Assembly (NCBI GenBank): GCA_022711335.1
Contig: JAKLFF010000002.1
Location: 17,441 to 81,440 of the forward strand
Source: Patescibacteria group bacterium
GTDB taxonomy: Bacteria > Patescibacteriota > Minisyncoccia > Moranbacterales > UBA2206
Length of the DNA stretch: 64,000 nt
Direction: 5' to 3'
Numbering within the stretch: position 1 is the first letter of the stretch; the number at the start of each line of letters is the position of its first letter. A program made the translations under genes and the position numbers. This document shows, piece after piece, positions 39,823 through 51,188 of the stretch. The notes below the pieces were generated by a model. That model ran no database searches. It was given only the letters and a program-made list of their open reading frames with translations, and was not told where the DNA came from.

Positions 39823-41877
39823 CTATACATCAAGATTTTTAACATTTTTGGCATGAGTCTGAATAAACCTTCTTCTCGGTTCAACCTCTGAACCCATAAG
39901 GACATCGAACATCTTGTCAGCAGCCTGCGCATCTTCGATATTAACCTTAAGCATTATCCTTGTTTCCGGATTCATGGTTGTTCCCCAAAGTTGACTCGGG
40001 TTCATCTCTCCAAGACCTTTGTAGCGCTGAATGCTTATTCCGCCAACCTTTTCACCGACTTCGCTTTCTTCTTCCGCTTCTCCGCCAGTATTTTTTTCTA
40101 TTTTAGCCGCATCAAGATTTTTTTCTTTTTGTTTTTTTGCTTTTGTTTCTCCAGCCTGGCCAATCATTTCAGCCAGCACTCTATCGCGATCTGTATCGGT
40201 ATAAGCGTATTTGATATTTTTTCCTTTTTGAAGCCGATAGAGAGGAGGCTGAGCGATAAAGATATGCCCTCCCTGAATAAGCGGTTCAAAGTAGCGATAG
40301 AAGAAAGTTAGAAGCAGCGTGCGAATATGCGATCCGTCAACATCGGCGTCTGCCATGATTATTATTTTGTGATATCGCAATTTTTTTATATCGAAACTAT
40401 CCCCGATGCCGGCCCCCAAAGCAATAATAATCGGTTTTAGGGTGTCCGATTTTACAACCTTATCCAGAGTTGTTTTCTCGACATTGACCAATTTTCCACG
40501 AAGAGGAAGAATAGCTTGATATTTTCTATCCCTTCCCTGTTTGGCGCTTCCACCGGCACTATCTCCCTCAACTATGTATAATTCAGACTGGGTAGCGTCC
40601 CGAGAGGAGCAGTCTGCCAGTTTTCCCGGAAGCGTCATTCCTTCAAGAGCGCCTTTTCTTATGACCGCATCCTTGGCTGCCCGCGCCGCCAAGCGCGCTT
40701 TCGCAGTAAGAACTACTTTAGCAATAATAGCTTTGGCGTTGTTGGGATGCTTTTCTAAAAATTCAAAAAGGGCCTCGCTAGTCACGGAGGAAACAATTCC
40801 CCGTATCTCGCTGTTTCCCAGCTTCGCCTTTGTTTGTCCTTCAAATTGAGGATTCCTAAGTTTAACGCTGATTACGGCTGTCAGGCCTTCCTGCAAATCT
40901 TCCGAAGTAAAATTGCCGTCTTTTTCCTTGAGAAGTCCGGCCTTTTTGGCATGGCTGTTGATTACGCGAGTCAACGCCGCCCGAAATCCAGCTTCATGCA
41001 TTCCTCCTTCCGGAGTATGGATATTATTGGCAAAAGAAAAAACATGCTCTTTGTAAGATTCGGTATATTGCATGGCAATTTCTACTTCCGTATCTTCAAA
41101 TTTTTTCTCGGCATAAAAAGGCATCTCGTTTTTGACTTCCTTTCCGCGGTTTAAAAATTTTATGTAAGACACCAATCCGCCGTCAAAAAGGAAACCGTAA
41201 GACTGCTCTTTGCCCTTTTCCCGCAAATCATAAATTTTTATGCTGACGCCTTTGGTAAGATAAGCCTGCTGGCGCAAATATCCCAATATCTTTTCCCAGG
41301 AATATTTTATCTCTGCAAAAATTTGCGGATCGGCTTGGAAGCTTGTTTTTGTTCCTGTTTCCTTTGATTTTCCAATGATTTTCGGATCCTTTGATTTCGG
41401 CTTTCCTCGCTCAAAATCCATAGCGAAGATTTTTCCTTCCCGCTTAACTTCGACATGCAGCTGTTCCGATAGAGCATTAACGACTGAGACTCCCACTCCA
41501 TGAAGCCCTCCTGAAATTTTATATCCGTTGCCGCCAAATTTCCCTCCGGCATGAAGAACCGTAAGAACGGTTTCTAAAGTTGATTTCTTTGTCTGGGGAT
41601 GTTTTTCCACGGGAATTCCTCTTCCATCATCCTCAATCTCAACAAAATTATCAGGCAAAAGTTTGACTGACACATTTTTGCAGTATCCGCCCATTGCCTC
41701 ATCAATGGAATTATTCACTACCTCCCAAATCAAATGATGCAGGCCTTCGGTTGAAGTCCCTCCAATATACATCCCCGGACGCTTCCTGACTGGCTCAAGG
41801 CCCTCCAAAACCTGGATGGATTTAGCGGAATATTCATTTTTGTCCTTTTCGGTTTTTTCTTTAGGCATAATATTCAC
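39823..41877 (-). CDS. gyrB: DNA gyrase subunit B (type IIA topoisomerase ATPase subunit)
   Basis: GHKL ATPase and TOPRIM motifs: LHHLIWEVVNNSIDEAM, GGKFGG...YK.SGGLHGVG, EGDSAGGSAKQGRDR, PLRGK.LNVEK. Confidence 0.85.
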   Translation of the reverse strand: MNIMPKEKTEKDKNEYSAKSIQVLEGLEPVRKRPGMYIGGTSTEGLHHLIWEVVNNSIDEAMGGYCKNVSVKLLPDNFVEIEDDGRGIPVEKHPQTKKSTLETVLTVLHAGGKFGGNGYKISGGLHGVGVSVVNALSEQLHVEVKREGKIFAMDFERGKPKSKDPKIIGKSKETGTKTSFQADPQIFAEIKYSWEKILGYLRQQAYLTKGVSIKIYDLREKGKEQSYGFLFDGGLVSYIKFLNRGKEVKNEMPFYAEKKFEDTEVEIAMQYTESYKEHVFSFANNIHTPEGGMHEAGFRAALTRVINSHAKKAGLLKEKDGNFTSEDLQEGLTAVISVKLRNPQFEGQTKAKLGNSEIRGIVSSVTSEALFEFLEKHPNNAKAIIAKVVLTAKARLAARAAKDAVIRKGALEGMTLPGKLADCSSRDATQSELYIVEGDSAGGSAKQGRDRKYQAILPLRGKLVNVEKTTLDKVVKSDTLKPIIIALGAGIGDSFDIKKLRYHKIIIMADADVDGSHIRTLLLTFFYRYFEPLIQGGHIFIAQPPLYRLQKGKNIKYAYTDTDRDRVLAEMIGQAGETKAKKQKEKNLDAAKIEKNTGGEAEEESEVGEKVGGISIQRYKGLGEMNPSQLWGTTMNPETRIMLKVNIEDAQAADKMFDVLMGSEVEPRRRFIQTHAKNVKNLDV

Positions 41878-41931
41878 AAATTCGAAATTCGAATATCGTA
41901 CTTCGAATTTTTAATGAACAGTACTAAAAAA

Positions 41932-42303
41932 TTAATTTCTTGATAAAAAGTATAGCTCGATTAAAAACACAGCAGCTACCGCCAGTAACCCATCCCACCA
42001 AACCAGCATTCTGAAACTCTGAAAAATAAGGAGGATTATCGCCAAAACAGAAAGGAGAATGGATTGCCTGAAACTTAACCCCATATTCGCCAAAGCCGCT
42101 TCTGAACCCATAATTTTCCGCCGGGTAAAAATCAAGAACAAGTTTAACGTTCCCGACAAGAAAAAAAATAGCACGGAATAAAAAATCACTTTTCCAAAAA
42201 ATCCGGATTTTTCAGGATCCACATGGAAAACAACAAACCCCAGCGCTGATAGGGAAATAAATGTTAAAAACCTAATTCCCCAAACATAGGATTTCAGCGT
42301 CAT
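41932..42303 (-). CDS. hypothetical small membrane protein
   Basis: 123 aa after trimming the ORF so it no longer overlaps tRNA-Asp. Three to four transmembrane helices. Confidence 0.4.
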   Translation of the reverse strand: MTLKSYVWGIRFLTFISLSALGFVVFHVDPEKSGFFGKVIFYSVLFFFLSGTLNLFLIFTRRKIMGSEAALANMGLSFRQSILLSVLAIILLIFQSFRMLVWWDGLLAVAAVFLIELYFLSRN

Positions 42304-42378
42304 AGAAAAAATTTCCTTTTTAGGGATTACTCTTGTAATTTTACTCCTTTTCTGTTTCTTTGGCAAGCATCTTTGGCA

Positions 42379-42405
42379 CAAAAAAACAGCCGATTTCAGG
42401 GCTGT
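42379..42405 (-). terminator. rho-independent terminator downstream of the tRNA-Asp / tRNA-Met pair
   Basis: On the minus strand, the hairpin ACAGCC-CTGAAATC-GGCTGT is followed by TTTTTTT. Confidence 0.6.
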
Positions 42406-42451
42406 TTTATGCGAATGGCGGACTGGACGAGACTCGACTTTCTGTATTGTG

Positions 42452-42525
42452 CGGGGACGGCCGGACTCGAACCGGTGACCTACTGCGTGACAGGCAGTCG
42501 CTCTAACCAACTGAGCTACGCCCCC
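42452..42525 (-). tRNA. tRNA-Asp (anticodon GTC)
   Basis: GGGGGCGTAGCTCAGTTGGTTAGAGCGACTGCCTGTCACGCAGTAGGTCACCGGTTCGAGTCCGGCCGTCCCCG folds as a cloverleaf with anticodon loop CTGTCAC. Confidence 0.8.
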
Positions 42526-42541
42526 ATAATTATATTTTCTG

Positions 42542-42617
42542 TAGCAGGGGTGGGGCTCGAACCCACGAACCTCAGGTTTATGATACCCGCGCTCTAACCA
42601 ACTGAGCTACCCTGCCC
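42542..42617 (-). tRNA. tRNA-Met, elongator type (anticodon CAT; Ile-lysidine not excluded)
   Basis: GGCAGGGTAGCTCAGTTGGTTAGAGCGCGGGTATCATAAACCTGAGGTTCGTGGGTTCGAGCCCCACCCCTGCTA. Anticodon loop ATCATAA. The 1:72 pair is a normal G-U. Confidence 0.75.
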
Positions 42618-42872
42618 TAATAAAAAATTTTTTAATTGCTTCTTTAAATATTTCCTTCCGGAACCACTTTTTAAAAATTTCTCTCTTTCTAAGGCGTCCG
42701 CCTTGTTTCTATATCCTTCAAAATAAATCAATCGCCAGTGTTTTTTCTGCCGAGTTGTCCTGCCCCCTTTCCCATCATTATGATCTTTTATTCTCTGGTT
42801 CAGATCGCTAGTAAAACCTATATACCAACCCTTATCTAATGCATTCCTTATGAGGTATACATAATAGAACAT
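42594..42872 (-). CDS. GIY-YIG nuclease family small protein
   Basis: YYVYLIRNALDKGWYIGFTSDLNQRIKDHN matches the GIY-YIG core. Its last 8 codons overlap the 5' end of tRNA-Met. Confidence 0.7.
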   Translation of the reverse strand: MFYYVYLIRNALDKGWYIGFTSDLNQRIKDHNDGKGGRTTRQKKHWRLIYFEGYRNKADALEREKFLKSGSGRKYLKKQLKNFLLGQGSSVG

Positions 42873-43026
42873 GTTTTTCATTCTTGCTAGTGGCAAGCCC
42901 TATTTCTTATACTAGGCTGTGCCACGAGATCATGAGCGTTCACCGAAAACAGTGCAGGTCGCGTAAAATCGACTATCGTCGATCACGCGACTCACTCAAA
43001 ATCATTCGTAAGCTCATGATTTTTCG

Positions 43027-43103
43027 TGGTTGCGGGGCCGGGATTTGAACCCGGGACCTCGTGGTTATGAGCCACGCGAGCTGCCAGACTGCTCCACCCC
43101 GCG
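43027..43103 (-). tRNA. initiator tRNA-fMet (anticodon CAT, C1-A72 mismatch, CCA encoded)
   Basis: CGCGGGGTGGAGCAGTCTGGCAGCTCGCGTGGCTCATAACCACGAGGTCCCGGGTTCAAATCCCGGCCCCGCAACCA. The unpaired C1:A72 is the bacterial initiator hallmark. Confidence 0.8.
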
Positions 43104-43317
43104 ATAATATTAATTTTTTGTTTTGCTAATCTCCGCCCATATTGTTTACGCGAGTTACCAGCCTGTCCGCCCTTAGAGGAACTGCCTGCCACGTGATAAA
43201 ACGAAGTTTTATTTTACGTGGCTCCACCCCGCGATGATGATTTGAAAAAGACTATTCCCAATTCTAAACTGGCAGACAGCCATTGTCAAACAGCGGCTCT
43301 CGTCCCAAAATATTTTG

Positions 43318-43851
43318 CTATTCCAAAACCTCGAAATATCTCAAAAATTCCTCGAAAAGAGAAAATACTTCTTCAGCCTCTTCTTTGCTTAGCCTAAAGC
43401 CGTCCTCATGAATTATCCTGTTCCTGATTTCATGGGCGCGCTTTAGCTTCTCAATGTTATCCATCTGTCCGAAAGGAATGTTATCCAGCCGCTCCGCCAT
43501 ATTTTCGCCGGCATAGCCAAGTCTTCGAATAAGGCCATGAATCACTTCGTCAGCTTCGATAACGGCCACCTTATAGGCTCTCTCTTCTCCCGAGTACAAT
43601 TTTGATTTTATCTTCTCCCATTTTTTCCTAAGCTTCAGCTTCCCGCCCTTGCTTGCCAACTCCCGAGGCATATCGATTCCAAGGGAAGTTTCCCTGACGT
43701 TTCCGGAAAGACCTCTTTGCATAAGAAGCAAAATTATATCGACAAGCAAGACTATTACATAAATTCCGATGATAAATTTCAAAACAGAAAAAAAGGATGA
43801 GTTATAAAAATTCAAAACAAACTGCGGGAAATTTAATATGAAATTATCCAT
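43318..43851 (-). CDS. membrane-anchored protein with a C-terminal HEPN-like helical domain (putative)
   Basis: N-terminal transmembrane helix. The C-terminal region carries the Rx4H motif RNRIIHE in an all-helical context. This is inference only. Confidence 0.35.
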   Translation of the reverse strand: MDNFILNFPQFVLNFYNSSFFSVLKFIIGIYVIVLLVDIILLLMQRGLSGNVRETSLGIDMPRELASKGGKLKLRKKWEKIKSKLYSGEERAYKVAVIEADEVIHGLIRRLGYAGENMAERLDNIPFGQMDNIEKLKRAHEIRNRIIHEDGFRLSKEEAEEVFSLFEEFLRYFEVLE

Positions 43852-43860
43852 TTTGATTGT

Positions 43861-45318
43861 TTATTTTTTTTCATAGGCATCGGCAACTCGAAGCAAATTT
43901 TCTTCATCAAACCATTTTCCCATCAGCTGGAATCCGATGGGCAACTCTTTTTTGCCTTCCTTTATTCTACCACAAGGAACGGATATTGCCGGTATGCCGG
44001 CAATGTTAGCCGTAACCGTGAAGATGTCTTCAAGATACATTTTGAGCGGATCTTCCGTTTTTTCCCCCAGCCTAAAAGCCGGCGAAGGGGTTGTCGGAGT
44101 TAAAATCATGTCTGCCTCTTTAAAAGCTTTTTCAAAATCTTTTTTTATAAGAGTCCTCGCTTTTTGCGCGCGGAGATAATAAGCTTCATAATATCCGGAA
44201 CTCAAAGCATAAGTCCCCAGCATTATTCTTCTTTTAGTTTCTCTTCCAAGGCCATATTGCCTTGTGTCAAAATATGTTTCCAGGAGAGTTTTTGGAAGAT
44301 CAGACGAATTTCCGGAAATTGCTGAATTATCCCCATCATCAATCCTAAGTCCGTATTTAATCCCATCATATCTGGCCAAATTGGAACTCACTTCGCATGG
44401 CTGGATTATATAATAAGCAGGAAGAGCATATTTAACATGAGGCAACTCTGTTTCTATTATCTTCGCGCCCTCCTTTTTATAAAACTCGATTACTTTTTCA
44501 ATTTTTTCCCTGACATTTTTTTCAAGACTGTTAAGATATTCCTTAACAACGCCAATTTTCGTTCCCCTGACTTCGCCAGTAAGAAATTCTTCATAGTTTT
44601 TGTCCTGGCTGTGAGCTGATGTCGCATCATGCTTATCTCGTCCGGAAATAGCGCTGAGCACTATGGCTGCATCCTCAACGGTTTTGGCAATCGGTCCGAC
44701 TTGGTCGAGACTTGATGCCATAGCGATTATTCCGTGGCGAGAAACCCGGCCATAGGTCGGTTTCATTCCGACAACTCCGCAAAAAGCCGCTGGCTGGCGA
44801 ATTGATCCGCCTGTATCGGTTCCCAGCGCCCATGAAGCTAAATCCGCCGCTACGGCCGCAGTTGAACCTCCAGAAGTTCCTCCAGGAACACGATTCAAAT
44901 CATGCGGGTTTTTTGTCGGTCCATAGGCGCTATTCTCCGTGGATGATCCCATGGCAAATTCGTCGAGGTTGGTTTTTCCAAGAATCACTGCTCCTTTTTC
45001 ATTTAATTTATCGATAACAGTCGCGTTGTACGGAGCGATATAACTGTCCAAAATTTTTGAAGCTGCCGTTGCTCTTATTCCATTTATGCAAATATTATCT
45101 TTGATCGCTCCCGGGATTCCTTCAAGAAGTCCTATTTTTTCTCCTTTTTTTATTTTTTCATCCGCTTTTTTTGCCTGCTCCAGCGCTAAATCTTTTGTAA
45201 GAGTGAGGTAAGAAAAAATATCCTTGTCCTTTTTGGAAATACGATCGAAATAATCCAGAGTTAATTGTTCTGACGTTATTTCCTTGTTTATTAATTTATT
45301 ATGTAAATCTTTTATCAT
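43861..45318 (-). CDS. gatA: Asp-tRNA(Asn)/Glu-tRNA(Gln) amidotransferase subunit A
   Basis: Amidase signature GGSSGGSAAAVAADLAS; 485 aa. Confidence 0.9.
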   Translation of the reverse strand: MIKDLHNKLINKEITSEQLTLDYFDRISKKDKDIFSYLTLTKDLALEQAKKADEKIKKGEKIGLLEGIPGAIKDNICINGIRATAASKILDSYIAPYNATVIDKLNEKGAVILGKTNLDEFAMGSSTENSAYGPTKNPHDLNRVPGGTSGGSTAAVAADLASWALGTDTGGSIRQPAAFCGVVGMKPTYGRVSRHGIIAMASSLDQVGPIAKTVEDAAIVLSAISGRDKHDATSAHSQDKNYEEFLTGEVRGTKIGVVKEYLNSLEKNVREKIEKVIEFYKKEGAKIIETELPHVKYALPAYYIIQPCEVSSNLARYDGIKYGLRIDDGDNSAISGNSSDLPKTLLETYFDTRQYGLGRETKRRIMLGTYALSSGYYEAYYLRAQKARTLIKKDFEKAFKEADMILTPTTPSPAFRLGEKTEDPLKMYLEDIFTVTANIAGIPAISVPCGRIKEGKKELPIGFQLMGKWFDEENLLRVADAYEKK

Positions 45319-45322
45319 TTAT

Positions 45323-45400
45323 TGTCATTCCCGCGAAAGCGGGAATCTAGTCAATTAACCAAAACTGTTTGCTGGATTCCCGATCAGGTCGGGAATGACA
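45323..45400. mobile_element. 78-bp MITE-like element, copy d (in the gatC-gatA intergenic gap)
   Basis: tgtcattcccgcgaaagcgggaatctagtc...ctggattcccgatcaggtcgggaatgaca. Confidence 0.8.
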
Positions 45401-45401
45401 C

Positions 45402-45683
45402 TTACAGCACGCTTTTTACTTTGTCATATCCATTCTTTTCTTCCGGAAACAGCTTGATAATCCCGTTTTTATTATTAAAATCGCTAAAATTATCTTCTCT
45501 TGTTTCATTTTCTACCCCGGTGATATGAGCCGTCGGTTCGACATTTTCAACGTCCACTTTCTTAAGTTCGTCTATCCAGTCCAAAACCAGCGACAAATCT
45601 TTCGAAAACTTGCCGACTTCTTCCTCGCTCAGGCCTATTCTGGCAAGAGACGCTATATGCCTTACTTCTTCTTCGGATATCAC
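45402..45683 (-). CDS. gatC: Asp-tRNA(Asn)/Glu-tRNA(Gln) amidotransferase subunit C
   Basis: 93 aa. ISEEEVRHIASLARIGLSEEE...LD is the GatC signature. Confidence 0.85.
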   Translation of the reverse strand: MISEEEVRHIASLARIGLSEEEVGKFSKDLSLVLDWIDELKKVDVENVEPTAHITGVENETREDNFSDFNNKNGIIKLFPEEKNGYDKVKSVL

Positions 45684-45689
45684 TTTTTT

Positions 45690-45800
45690 AGAATTTAGAA
45701 TTATGAATTTAGTATTTTGAATGAGAATATTGAATGCTGAATAACTATTCTAAATTCTTTATTCTTGATTCCCATTCTAAATTCCAAATACTAAATTCAA
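45690..45800. repeat. about 115-bp AT-rich palindromic element, copy 2 of 2 (partner 1780..1900)
   Basis: ttagaatttagaattatgaatttagtattttgaatgagaat...ttcccattctaaattccaaatactaaattc. Lies immediately 5' of gatC. Confidence 0.6.
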
Positions 45801-45804
45801 AATT

Positions 45805-48066
<2,262 letters not shown>

Positions 48067-48146
48067 TTATCAAATTTGCCCAAAATCAAAATCCGAGAGC
48101 CAGTCCCGGATTTGTTTTAAACATCAAAACTTAATTTACAGCATGG

Positions 48147-49349
48147 CTAGTATGACTTGCACACTTCCGGTGCTGTTGCTGTTATGGGACATTTTGTGTC
48201 AAATTCGGTAGTCCAATACTGATCGGCAAAAAGCCTTACTTCATCTAATTCTCCCTTGAAATTCTGTGTTCCATTTTTCGCTCCGATCATTATATTGTCC
48301 GGCACCGCATCTCCGGATCTTTTGCAATCCGCGGGGGTGGAATCAAGCTTTTTTCCGCCTGAATATAACTTTATATTATCATCGTCATCCCTCACAAAAG
48401 CCAAATGATGCCAATTGCTATCAGCTATATTCGCGCTAGAAGTAAAATCACATGTTGTTCCTAAAAAAATAATTCTCAAATCATCTGGCTGAACATAATC
48501 TATTTCTAAGATATCCGTACTATTTTTTTTCATATAAAACATTGTCTGCGTCGCATTTCCCGTATTATCTTTTTTAACCCAAAAATCCACCGTGAAGGCG
48601 CTCGTCCCTCCGGTTCCGATTCCAACTTTTGACCAATCTTCATCCACATCATTTGTCCATAAATAATCATCGTTGCCGTCAAAACTAAGATATCCAAAAT
48701 TGGGAACAATAGGAGCAGTGTTGCTTGAAGCGTTTATATTCATTCCACCGCTTGGATTAATTTCATGATGCACCCGGCTGCCGTCGACGAAATTGGTGCT
48801 TCCATCGGCCATATCGGCGTGAAGCAGAAGCTTAATTTCTTTTTCTTTTTGAGAAACATTTGCTTCTACGATTCTTTGCGTTCCAACCGAATTGTCACTT
48901 CCAACTGATTTCAGCTGGGAAATAAGAGCGATGTCTTCAGTAGAGCCACAATCGATATGATTGCCGGAAGAATCAAGCAATTCAACGGCATATTCATTTA
49001 CCTTTGATAATTTATTCGGCGTTCCTACGCATGAAAGTCCTGTTTTTGCTTGAGATAATACCGAAGATATTTCTATTTTTTCGCTAGTGGGATTATAGGA
49101 TTTTTGACCCTTAAGCAGCGCGGTCATAACTTTGTCGATTCCCTCATCCGCATTTTGATAAGCGATATTAGTTTTGCTGGCCTGCATGGAAGTTTTTCTT
49201 TCCCGAAGAGCGGAAAGAGCCACGCTGAGAGCCGTCACAATAATTATGCCGAAAAGTATGAGTGAAACAACCAAAACCGAACCGCGCTTGCGTTTTTTGG
49301 CATATATTTTATGTTTTACCCCCACGCCAATTATGTTTGTTTTTTTCAT
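48147..49349 (-). CDS. pilus-associated protein with N-terminal transmembrane anchor and C-terminal LamG / concanavalin-A-like domain (putative tip adhesin)
   Basis: FDGNDDYLWT...FTVDFWVK...WHHLAFVRDDDDNIKLYSGG...GELDEVRLF matches the LamG_3-type fold. It sits first in the pilin gene row. Confidence 0.5.
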   Translation of the reverse strand: MKKTNIIGVGVKHKIYAKKRKRGSVLVVSLILFGIIIVTALSVALSALRERKTSMQASKTNIAYQNADEGIDKVMTALLKGQKSYNPTSEKIEISSVLSQAKTGLSCVGTPNKLSKVNEYAVELLDSSGNHIDCGSTEDIALISQLKSVGSDNSVGTQRIVEANVSQKEKEIKLLLHADMADGSTNFVDGSRVHHEINPSGGMNINASSNTAPIVPNFGYLSFDGNDDYLWTNDVDEDWSKVGIGTGGTSAFTVDFWVKKDNTGNATQTMFYMKKNSTDILEIDYVQPDDLRIIFLGTTCDFTSSANIADSNWHHLAFVRDDDDNIKLYSGGKKLDSTPADCKRSGDAVPDNIMIGAKNGTQNFKGELDEVRLFADQYWTTEFDTKCPITATAPEVCKSY

Positions 49350-49406
49350 TTTAAAAAAATGCTGTTTGTTAATGTGTTTTATGTTATGTGTTATATGTTA
49401 TATGAT

Positions 49407-49979
49407 TTAGTCTTCCATTGGATTAATATCCTTATAGTCTCTGGCAGACACTGTCGTCTGAAGCTTGGCATTGGGATCATAATCATCTGACATCTCCATG
49501 CGAATTGTCACTCTTTTGATTTTATCTCCGCCCACAGAAAACTCTAAGTCATTTAACACATCTTCTCCGGTTATCCAAGTTTTACTATAGCTTCCAGTAC
49601 AGTCGCCACTTTGATTTCCATTCTCACAAGGTTTTTCTTCTGAACCCGCTTTTAAAGAACATCTTTCTTCCAAAATTTCCCCGGAATCATAAGAAAACCT
49701 TACGCATTGAGTCAGCGATTTGCTGTACATGGAAACTCCATCTACTTCACTGGTCTCCTGGACATTGCTGCTCATCCTAATTATCTTAGCCATATATTCC
49801 AGCGCTCCCTTGGCTTCTTCAATGCCTCTTTGCACCTCCCGCGCTTTTTTCTGCGCCTTAAAAGCGCTGGCGAAAGACGCTGTCACGGAAAGCATGATAA
49901 GAGTTGAGATGAAAATCGAAACAAGCATCTCAATCAGCGAAAACCCTTTGTTTTTTGTTTTTAATATATTCTTCATCAA
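49407..49979 (-). CDS. prepilin-type N-terminal cleavage/methylation domain protein (minor pilin)
   Basis: KGFSLIEMLVSIFISTLIM is the class III signal peptide with G-F-S-L-I-E. Confidence 0.7.
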   Translation of the reverse strand: MMKNILKTKNKGFSLIEMLVSIFISTLIMLSVTASFASAFKAQKKAREVQRGIEEAKGALEYMAKIIRMSSNVQETSEVDGVSMYSKSLTQCVRFSYDSGEILEERCSLKAGSEEKPCENGNQSGDCTGSYSKTWITGEDVLNDLEFSVGGDKIKRVTIRMEMSDDYDPNAKLQTTVSARDYKDINPMED

Positions 49980-50012
49980 CTTTTAACTTTTCATTTTTAA
50001 CTTTTAACTAAA

Positions 50013-50609
50013 CTATTCTCCCCACTTATTCAAAATAATTTGTGTATAAGCGCATTTAGTGGAGGTATTGCAATCATCTACACTAGTACCGGACACCTCT
50101 CCATTCCAGCTGACCAAACTTGTCACTACTACAGATTTCGCAGCGTCTCTTGCTATGCCGCTGCATCCGACATTGCAATAATTAAATTTAATTCTCCTAA
50201 AAAACTTAGTGTTAGTTGAGCCGGAATTCATATAATAATTGTCGTTGTCCAATCTTAAACGCATTTGGCCATTGTTAACACCGCAACTAATATTTACTCC
50301 GCTCGTGTCTTTATCTGCAATACACCTATTATTATCATCTGCTGGAAAATAATTAAAACTCCCCGTACTCGGATCATTATCCACCCAGTTATTATCCCGA
50401 ATGTTTCGAACCAGCTCCACTCCTTCCTGTGCCAAAAGGCTCGCGGCGAACTGATCGCGTGATTCCATCGAATCCTTGAGTCCGACCGTTAGAAGCTTCA
50501 ATCCGGCGATAACTCCGACCGACACCAAAAAAACCGCCAATATGGATTCAATAAAGGAAAAGCCCTTGCGGTGCAAAAAATTCTTTTTGTTTTTTATTTT
50601 TTTTTCCAT
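50013..50609 (-). CDS. prepilin-type minor pilin / pseudopilin
   Basis: RKGFSFIESILAVFLVSVGV. Confidence 0.65.
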   Translation of the reverse strand: MEKKIKNKKNFLHRKGFSFIESILAVFLVSVGVIAGLKLLTVGLKDSMESRDQFAASLLAQEGVELVRNIRDNNWVDNDPSTGSFNYFPADDNNRCIADKDTSGVNISCGVNNGQMRLRLDNDNYYMNSGSTNTKFFRRIKFNYCNVGCSGIARDAAKSVVVTSLVSWNGEVSGTSVDDCNTSTKCAYTQIILNKWGE

Positions 50610-50628
50610 TTTAACGCTTAATTATAGG

Positions 50629-51132
50629 CTAATCTTCCTTAATCACTCCGCCGGGAGAAGTTATACTAACTGTTTTTGCTGCTGCTACTCCAGGAATTTT
50701 AAGCTCTATTGTTGTAGGACTAGCACCAGCCAGAACCACTTCTCCATTAGGAATTGAAAATACAATTTTTGTTAAACTAGCTACAGGAGAATTAAGTTTC
50801 ACGCCGTTGCCCAGATCGTTAGTTTCAACAGGAGAACCGTCAGCAGAACAATCTGAAGGAAAAATTACATAAGTATCTTCATCAGTAAATTTAAATCCCC
50901 AGCATTTTGGCACGCTCCCAGAAGCTGTTTTCCCCTGAAGCGCGTTGCTCTTGGTAGTCTGGATAGCCGAAGCCACTTCCCTTTGCGCCGCATCCAGCTT
51001 AGCGTCAGTTCTGCCGCCGCCAAGGCTCACAAACGCAGCTGAAAGCATTATGCCCATAACGCCAATAATTACTAAAATCTCTATTACCGTAAACCCCCGC
51101 AAAAACTTCCGCTTTTTTGTTTTTTTATCCAT
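50629..51132 (-). CDS. type IV pilin-like protein
   Basis: LRGFTVIEILVIIGVMGIMLSAAF. Confidence 0.7.
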   Translation of the reverse strand: MDKKTKKRKFLRGFTVIEILVIIGVMGIMLSAAFVSLGGGRTDAKLDAAQREVASAIQTTKSNALQGKTASGSVPKCWGFKFTDEDTYVIFPSDCSADGSPVETNDLGNGVKLNSPVASLTKIVFSIPNGEVVLAGASPTTIELKIPGVAAAKTVSITSPGGVIKED

Positions 51133-51139
51133 CTTTTAT

Positions 51140-51178
51140 CCTCCCCTCCCTTCCAGGGAGGGGAATTTAAGGGGAGGG
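51140..51178. repeat. GC-rich hairpin element (CCCCTCCC...GGGAGGGG variant)
   Basis: cctcccctcccttccagggaggggaatttaaggggaggg, between pilD and the pilin gene. Confidence 0.6.
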
Positions 51179-51188
51179 TTGAAAAAAT

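Noticed and set aside
42992-43192. 66-aa minus-strand ORF
   Set aside because: It overlaps the initiator tRNA gene (43027..43103) and the tRNA-fragment duplication.
45322-45528. ORFs MSFPRKRES... (also 15342..15587)
   Set aside because: The start and first 9 codons are supplied by the MITE-like element hairpin (cattcccgcgaaagcgggaatc). They recur wherever the element occurs.
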